From NCBI GenBank assembly GCA_039028615.1, contig JBCCHT010000085.1, positions 1 through 13,385 of the forward strand: a DNA stretch of 13,385 nucleotides, given 5' to 3'. Below, one piece after another: positions 7,916-13,385 of the stretch. The DNA is from Myxococcota bacterium. GTDB lineage: Bacteria > Myxococcota_A > Polyangia > Nannocystales > Nannocystaceae. A model generated the notes under the pieces. That model made no database searches. It was not told the DNA's origin and saw only the letters and a program-made list of their open reading frames with translations. Each line of letters begins with the position of its first letter. Position 1 is the first letter of the stretch. A program made the translations under genes and the position numbers.

Positions 7916-7989
7916 CGGAGCGGACGGGGCTCGAACCCGCGACCTCCGGCGTGACAGGCCGGCGTTATAACCAACTTTAACAACGCTTC
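7916..7989 (-). tRNA. tRNA-Asp(GUC), atypical or possibly pseudogenised 5' arm; CCA not encoded
   Basis: - strand reads GAAGCGTTGTTAAAGTTGGTTATAACG CCGGC CTGTCAC GCCGG AGGTC GCGGG TTCGAGC CCCGT CCGCTCC G. The anticodon stem is perfect, anticodon GTC (7953-7955), TTCGA T-loop, G73 discriminator. The acceptor stem has A2.C71 and U7.C66 mismatches. Confidence 0.85.
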
Positions 7990-8086
7990 GGTACCGAGGT
8001 TGATGGTTCCTGTTCTTCGCTGCTCGGGTCGTAGGAGGGCTCTGCGGGCGAGATCTGAGGCTTTCGTCTTCCGCCGTCGAGCCTGC

Positions 8087-8116
8087 ATTGTGAGGGACGT
8101 CGGGGGAGGGTGTCAA
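8087..8116 (-). promoter_or_regulatory. Putative sigma70-type promoter for the tRNA gene
   Basis: On the - strand: TTGACA (8116-8111), 18-nt spacer, CACAAT (8092-8087), then GC-rich GCAGGC resembling a stable-RNA discriminator. It lies about 100 nt upstream of the tRNA and points toward it. Confidence 0.6.
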
Positions 8117-9015
8117 TGTTCCCCGCGGGCCCAAGAATTGAGTCGGCGCGGACCAGAGCCGACGCGAGTTTTCGTTCCCCGATCCGACCGTCGCTCTACA
8201 GAGGATCGCGGGAGCGCGGGGCGGCAAGAAGAACCGGTAGGTGATGGGAAAACCAAGCCGGCACCGAGCTGCGTCGCTGCGGTGGGCGCGCAACAGGAAC
8301 GGTGCCAGGAGGCAAGCTTTCCCACGTCAACTCGAGTTCAGCCGCTGTCGGGGCAGCTGTGAGCACTGTCCTGACCCAGGGCGAGCGTCAACGCCGTGCG
8401 TTTGCTCGGGACAGCGTGGGTTCCGATGCCCGGCGGTCTGGCGTTTGCGATGGAACTCGAGGAGCGAGGGAGAGCCGGTCGTCGCCGGTTCGTGGGCTGC
8501 GGCTTCGACCGGGTCCGTGCTCGTCGCAAACCCTCGGGGTGATCAGGCTCGAGAGCGGTGCGTCGCCGGGTCGGGTAGTCACGTTGTCCGGGGTAACCGA
8601 TGGTGACGTGGCCGAGCTGCCGAGCACGAACGCGGGCGAGCACGCGAGCGTCGTCGAAGCTCGATCGTACGGCCAACACATTTCTGATCACCCCGTCGAC
8701 CGAGCGTCGCGATACCTCGGATGCTCGGCAAGACCCGAACGTGTCGCGGGACCGACGTGCCGCTCCTGCCCAACGGTGGGCGCCGCAGTAGTCGAAGATC
8801 CTGAGCCCAACGCGACGCGACGCTGGCTCAAGACACGCGGCCATACGGCCGTTCTCGACCACGATTCGGAACGCAGTGCGATGGAGTCGAACCCCGCCGC
8901 CTTTGCTTCGTAAGCTCGCCTTGCGTTCGCTTTCGGCCCCACACCCCCACGCAGATGACCGCTTGCGGTAGATGCGGCATGATCGGCTGGGAGGTGCCTC
9001 CCCAACGCGGACCCT

Positions 9016-12000
9016 ATGGCCGAGTACGACGTCTTTCTCTCCCACAGCTCGACCGACGAACAGGCGGTGGAGGAGATCGCGGGGAGGCTCCGCACCGAGT
9101 TCGAGCTGCGTCCCTACTTCAAGCGGTGGATGCTCGTTCCGGGAGAGCTCTGGCTGCCGGCGATCGAAAAGGCGATCGATACGAGCACGACCATCGCGGT
9201 CTTCCTCGGTCCCGGCCAGATGGGTGTGTGGCAAGAGGACGAAGCTGCTCGTGCGATCGAGCTCGTGGTGCGAGCCGAGCAACGTGGTCGAAGGGTCATC
9301 CCCGTGCTGCTCCCGGGGACGAAGCTCGAGGATGCGCGCGGTTTTCTGGGCCTGCGCACGTGGGTCGATCTCGGTGCGGAAGACGGCATGCAGCGCCTGG
9401 TCGCGGCGATCTCCGGCATCTCGCTGCGTCAACAAGAGCTGATCGCGAAGCCGAGCCGCCAAGGCTACACGCGCGTCGCCGTGGCGCAGCTCGACTACCA
9501 ACCCGCGGCGCTCATCAACCGTCAGTCCCAGCTGACCGAACCTCTGTTCGACCTCGGCAAGCCGAGTGCCCTCGAGCCCGGCACGGGTGACGTACCGCCC
9601 GAGCTGACGGAGCCTCTTCGCGAACTTCGCGAGCGCATTCGCTCGGCTTACGTCGTGCAGCTGTGGGGCAAGCTCCGGGAGATCGTCGCCACGTGCGTCG
9701 ACTGGCGGGTGCAGATCCTCGTGCTCCCCGAGTACTCGGTCCCCCACGAGCTGCTCCAACCGCTGGCCGCCGCGGCGGAGTCGATGGTGATCGTCGCGGG
9801 CACGCACACCGTGGAGCGCTCGGCGCTGAAAGCTGGCGTCTACGAGTCGCTCGAATGGTCCGACCGACCTCGCCGCGGCTCCGCGGTCGTTCCCGTTCTC
9901 CATCGCGGGAAGCTCCTCGCACTACAACCCAAGCTATCGGCGGCCCGTCTCGAGCGAGGCCTCGCAACCGGAGACACCTGGAAGCCCATCGAGTTCGAGT
10001 CCACCGCAGGCCCCCCGCTTCCCGATCCCATGGGGGTGTTGATCTGCCTCGACTTCCTCTACCGCGAGCGCGAGCTGCATCGCTCGTTGATCGGCGAGCA
10101 GCTCGAGCGCACCCGTTTCCTCGCAGTGCCCAGCTTGACGCCCTGGTACACGGTCGACGAGTTTGGTGCCAAGGGCTGGGAGGAGGCTCGGCGCTACGGG
10201 CGGCCTGTCCTGTACGCCAACCACGCCTCGGGCGGCGGGACGACCATCTTCGCCGACGAGGACAAGCGCCGCGATCTGGCTCGGTTCCCCGAGCGCGTGG
10301 GGATGCTCGAGGCGGGCGAAGAGGGGCTCATCGTGGCCGACGTCGACCTTGGGTATCAGCGCACGGGGTCTTCGACTCGCTACGACTCGCCCCGCGTGGT
10401 GATCCCATTCGCCGCCGCATCGCTGGTGTATCGCAACCATCCGGTCTCGGCCGAGTACGCCGACTGGACAACCGAGACCTCGCGCCGCCTTCGGGAGGAC
10501 TCGGTGAGCCTCGACGACGAACTCGATCGCGTCGAGGAGCACGAGTCCAAGCTGCTCGAGGCCGGCTCGCTCTTCGGCAACGAGACCCGGCGGCGACGTG
10601 TCCAACGGCTGCTGCGCGAACTCGAGGGGGTTGGTTCCTCGGAGGAGTTGTCGCGGTTCACGAGGGAGATCGTCCTTCCCGCTCACGTGCTCCCGATGTC
10701 CATCGTTCGCCAGGCGCTCGCGTTGGGAGCCTCGGATGCGATGTTCGACTGGCGAAAGGAGCATCGCTCCGCCGACTACCAGAAAGTCGGCGAGGTGCTT
10801 CGGGCCTCGGCCAAGCAGCTGTTGGATACCGACCCTTCGCAGTGGACGCCGAATGGCACGGCGGTTTGCGATCAGCTTCGCCGTGACGTGCATGCGGCGG
10901 TCGCCCCGGAACCGGCACCAGAGCCCCAGCGGATCGAAACACGGCCTGGGTTTCCGGTCGGGGTCCGAATCCCGAACCACGATGCGCCCGAGAAAGATGG
11001 CCTCACCCTAATGTTTCGGGACGGCCCCAGCGGTTTGCTGCACAAGGACCGCTCGAAAGGGGAGCAGGAGGGAAGCCAAGACCACCACGCGTATCCACCC
11101 CGCACAGATCGAGTTCTTCACGCGAATTGGTCGCCAAGTCAGCTCAAGGTGGCGACAGACCTATGGCTAGCGCGCCGAGCAGCTGGCTTCGCCGATGCGA
11201 CGGTCGTTGGGATCATCGGCGAGGACGGCTCGGCGATCGCCACCCTTCGCTGTGAGGACGGAATGTGGCTCGCTAATGCACCGGATTGGGGCATCGGCGC
11301 GGCCTGGCTTCGCACGAATTTCCGCGCCGTCGAGTCGGCGTTGCGTTCGATGCTAGGTTCGTTCGGTGGGTTCGAATTCGTAGACGAAGAGATCCACCTC
11401 CGGGCACGAGACGAGCACCTTGACCGACTCCGAGCGAGCGCTAGGTACGAGATCGCTCGTGCGGTCGCCCAACGCGTGAACATTGGCTTCGTCCCCCCAA
11501 CGGTCGAGAGCGAGGGCATGCGCTCGACCGGTTTCACGGCACTCGGGCAATGGCTGGCGGGCCCGAAGTCGGCCGCACTCGTGCTCGGACCTTTCGGTAC
11601 GGGCAAGTCGACCCTCTTGGCGAAATGGGCGGAGTCGCAGCTCGGCGACGACGCGGGGCGTGTCCCCGTCCTCGTAGACCTGGCGCGAGCGAACCTCACA
11701 GATCCACTCGGCATGCTGTGCGAGGCGGCGAGGCTGGACCCGACCCAAGAGTCCGAGCGAGCCGTGATGTCGTGGCTCGTTGGGCGCGGTCACGTGATCG
11801 CGTGTTTCGACGGCTTCGACGAGATGGCCACTCGCCGCGCGTTCGCTGACTTACCCCGCGAACTCGAGTCTCTCCTTCGCGTTGGGGGCCAGCGAGGAAA
11901 GGTGGTGGTCTCGTCCCGCGATCACTATTTCTCCGACGAGCGGCAGGTGGAACAGGTCACAGAGTCTGCGAGCCAACGCGCGGGCGTCTCCGGCCTCGTC

Positions 12001-13385
12001 CGCATGGATCTGCAGCCTTTCACCGAACGCGAGATCAAGTTGCTCGTCGGGCAGACGTTCCAAGACGTCGACAGGCGGGCTGAGGTCCTCGCGAAGATCC
12101 GCGACACCTACGACCTGCTCGACTTGGTCCAGACGCCACTGCTGCTGCACATGGTGCTCGAGACGATCGACGAGATCGACCCGAGCGCTCGCGTGGGGCA
12201 GGCGAGAATCTACGAAGAGTACCTGCAGCGATGGCTCACCAACGCCGAGCATGGCGCGAAGGAACTCTTTTCACGCGAGAACAAGATCGCATTTGCCGAG
12301 GTTCTCGCCGCCACCCTGTGGCGAAGCGGCGAGTCTTCGGTGGCGTGGAAAGACCTCCATCGCTCCGTGATGGCGCGGCTGGTGGCCGAGTTCCCCGAGA
12401 TCACTGCAGGGGTGCCCGCCGAGGCGGCATACCTGGAGATCCAGGGGGGGTCGTTCTTCGTGTGGGAAGGCGGAGACCGCTTTCGCTTCGCCCACAAGTC
12501 GTTCCTCGAGTACTTCGTGGCGCGAGGGCTGCTTTCGGGTCTCGAGGCCGATCCGGGTCGAGTCCTCGATACCAAGCCCATCAGCATCGAAGTCTCTTCG
12601 TTCGTGGCGCAGATGGTGCAGGACACTGGGCGTGACCACCCTGCGATCTCCAGTTTGCGGCAGTGGTTGGTCGGTGGTCGCGGGCGGGCCGGCATGGCCG
12701 AAACGTCGACCGCCGCGGCCAATGCTGTTCGGCTGCTTCGCGATGTGCCCCGAGCGCTGGGGGAGGCGGCTGGGTGGATTCCAGACCGAGCCGATCTTCA
12801 AGGCATCAGCCTGGCCGGAGAGTCGTTCGAGGGGATGGTGCTTCGGCATGTGAAGCTGGACCAAGCGAACTTGGCCGCGGTCGACTTCACGCGGGTCAAC
12901 CTCGAAGGCGCCTCGCTACGTGCTGCCGTGTTGACCGGTGCGACGTTCTGGCAATCGGTTTTGGAGGGAGCCGACCTCGACGGAGCGCGGCTCGACGGTG
13001 CCCAAGGGCATCAATGCCAACTGCGGGGGGCAGCGCTGCAGGGCGCGAGTTTTCGGCAGTCGGTATGGACGGCATGCGACTGGCCCCTCGCGATTTCGGT
13101 GCCGCAGGAGTTGGTTCAGCTCGCTGATGGAACGATAGTGCAAATCGAGGAAGGCCTGCGGCCTTCGTTCTCATCTGCGCGCTACACATTTCGCGCTGGT
13201 CACTCGGACTGGGTCTGGTCGGTGGCGTGGGCGCCCGACGGCCAGCGTCTCGCCTCCGCTTCCGACGATGGCTCTATCCGGGTGTGGAGTGCAGACGACG
13301 GGGCCCTCCTCGCGACCCTCGAAGGTCACTCGGGCTCCGTCCTGTCGGTGGCGTGGGCGCCCGACGGCCAGCGTCTCGCCTCCGC
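9016..13385 (+). CDS. NLR-like STAND protein: TIR - nitrilase/CN-hydrolase - unknown region - NACHT - pentapeptide repeats - WD40 repeats (3'-truncated by the window edge)
   Basis: Hand translation of frame 1 from ATG 9016 (first start after in-frame TGA 8980-8982) gives no stop up to 13385, which is why it is absent from the track. TIR about 9016-9417 (YDVFLSHSSTD, WQEDE, VIPVLLPG, TWVDL). Nitrilase 9472-10350 (RVAVAQ, LVLPEYS, QPKL, GVLICLDF, LAVPS, YAN, EEGLIVADVDL). NACHT Walker A GPFGTGKST (11587-11613), Walker B IACFDGFDEM (to 11826), VVVSSR, TPLLL, FAHKSFLEYFVA (from 12487). Pentapeptides from 12790; WD40 from 13198. Confidence 0.93.
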   Translation, partial: MAEYDVFLSHSSTDEQAVEEIAGRLRTEFELRPYFKRWMLVPGELWLPAIEKAIDTSTTIAVFLGPGQMGVWQEDEAARAIELVVRAEQRGRRVIPVLLPGTKLEDARGFLGLRTWVDLGAEDGMQRLVAAISGISLRQQELIAKPSRQGYTRVAVAQLDYQPAALINRQSQLTEPLFDLGKPSALEPGTGDVPPELTEPLRELRERIRSAYVVQLWGKLREIVATCVDWRVQILVLPEYSVPHELLQPLAAAAESMVIVAGTHTVERSALKAGVYESLEWSDRPRRGSAVVPVLHRGKLLALQPKLSAARLERGLATGDTWKPIEFESTAGPPLPDPMGVLICLDFLYRERELHRSLIGEQLERTRFLAVPSLTPWYTVDEFGAKGWEEARRYGRPVLYANHASGGGTTIFADEDKRRDLARFPERVGMLEAGEEGLIVADVDLGYQRTGSSTRYDSPRVVIPFAAASLVYRNHPVSAEYADWTTETSRRLREDSVSLDDELDRVEEHESKLLEAGSLFGNETRRRRVQRLLRELEGVGSSEELSRFTREIVLPAHVLPMSIVRQALALGASDAMFDWRKEHRSADYQKVGEVLRASAKQLLDTDPSQWTPNGTAVCDQLRRDVHAAVAPEPAPEPQRIETRPGFPVGVRIPNHDAPEKDGLTLMFRDGPSGLLHKDRSKGEQEGSQDHHAYPPRTDRVLHANWSPSQLKVATDLWLARRAAGFADATVVGIIGEDGSAIATLRCEDGMWLANAPDWGIGAAWLRTNFRAVESALRSMLGSFGGFEFVDEEIHLRARDEHLDRLRASARYEIARAVAQRVNIGFVPPTVESEGMRSTGFTALGQWLAGPKSAALVLGPFGTGKSTLLAKWAESQLGDDAGRVPVLVDLARANLTDPLGMLCEAARLDPTQESERAVMSWLVGRGHVIACFDGFDEMATRRAFADLPRELESLLRVGGQRGKVVVSSRDHYFSDERQVEQVTESASQRAGVSGLVRMDLQPFTEREIKLLVGQTFQDVDRRAEVLAKIRDTYDLLDLVQTPLLLHMVLETIDEIDPSARVGQARIYEEYLQRWLTNAEHGAKELFSRENKIAFAEVLAATLWRSGESSVAWKDLHRSVMARLVAEFPEITAGVPAEAAYLEIQGGSFFVWEGGDRFRFAHKSFLEYFVARGLLSGLEADPGRVLDTKPISIEVSSFVAQMVQDTGRDHPAISSLRQWLVGGRGRAGMAETSTAAANAVRLLRDVPRALGEAAGWIPDRADLQGISLAGESFEGMVLRHVKLDQANLAAVDFTRVNLEGASLRAAVLTGATFWQSVLEGADLDGARLDGAQGHQCQLRGAALQGASFRQSVWTACDWPLAISVPQELVQLADGTIVQIEEGLRPSFSSARYTFRAGHSDWVWSVAWAPDGQRLASASDDGSIRVWSADDGALLATLEGHSGSVLSVAWAPDGQRLAS
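12790..13074 (+). repeat. Pentapeptide repeat region (about 19 A[D/N/S]Lxx units) within the NLR-like CDS
   Basis: ADLQG ISLAG ESFEG MVLRH VKLDQ ANLAA VDFTR VNLEG ASLRA AVLTG ATFWQ SVLEG ADLDG ARLDG AQGHQ CQLRG AALQG ASFRQ SVWTA. Confidence 0.9.
13198..13385 (+). repeat. 126-bp tandem DNA repeat encoding 42-aa WD40 units (about 1.5 copies visible)
   Basis: GHSDWVWSVAWAPDGQRLASASDDGSIRVWSADDGALLATLE followed by GHSGSVLSVAWAPDGQRLAS. Nucleotides 13218-13259 and 13344-13385 are identical (42 bp, offset 126). Confidence 0.92.

Noticed and set aside
7990..8085. Possible second, decayed tRNA in the tRNA-Asp leader
   Set aside because: No TTCRA T-loop or consistent cloverleaf pairing could be built.
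8302..8913. 203-aa + ORF in the same frame as the NLR-like gene (possible partner or readthrough extension)
   Set aside because: No motifs, S/R/G/A-rich composition, and three in-frame stops (8911, 8956, 8980) separate it from ATG 9016.
13198..13385. Terminal direct repeats as a CRISPR array or mobile-element end
   Set aside because: The repeats are in frame with a 126-bp period and encode WD40 units. No cas, transposase or integrase gene is seen in the window.

Overview
GC-rich bacterial window; the gene content is compatible with a myxobacterium-like organism (inference). It has two main parts. (1) Left: the 3' end of an ICMT/Ste14-family membrane methyltransferase, then a compact + strand four-gene cluster: GGPP-synthase-type polyprenyl synthase (961-1968), a small secreted acidic protein (2006-2368), a UbiA-family protein with terpene-cyclase-type motifs (2406-3269), and a translationally coupled self-sufficient CYP102/BM3-type P450-reductase fusion (3266-6463). 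This looks like a minimal diterpenoid biosynthetic cluster, and its P450 naturally carries substitutions at the BM3 R47/Y51/F87/I263/A328 positions. (2) Right: a GNAT acetyltransferase, a tRNA-Asp(GUC)-like gene on the - strand with a promoter and terminator but a degenerate 5' arm, and a large ORF missing from the ORF track (9016 to window end, at least 1456 codons, translated by hand). That ORF encodes an NLR-like protein: TIR - nitrilase (intact E-K-C triad) - unknown region - NACHT - pentapeptide repeats - near-identical 126-bp WD40 repeats. All family assignments come from reading motifs by eye; no searches were run.
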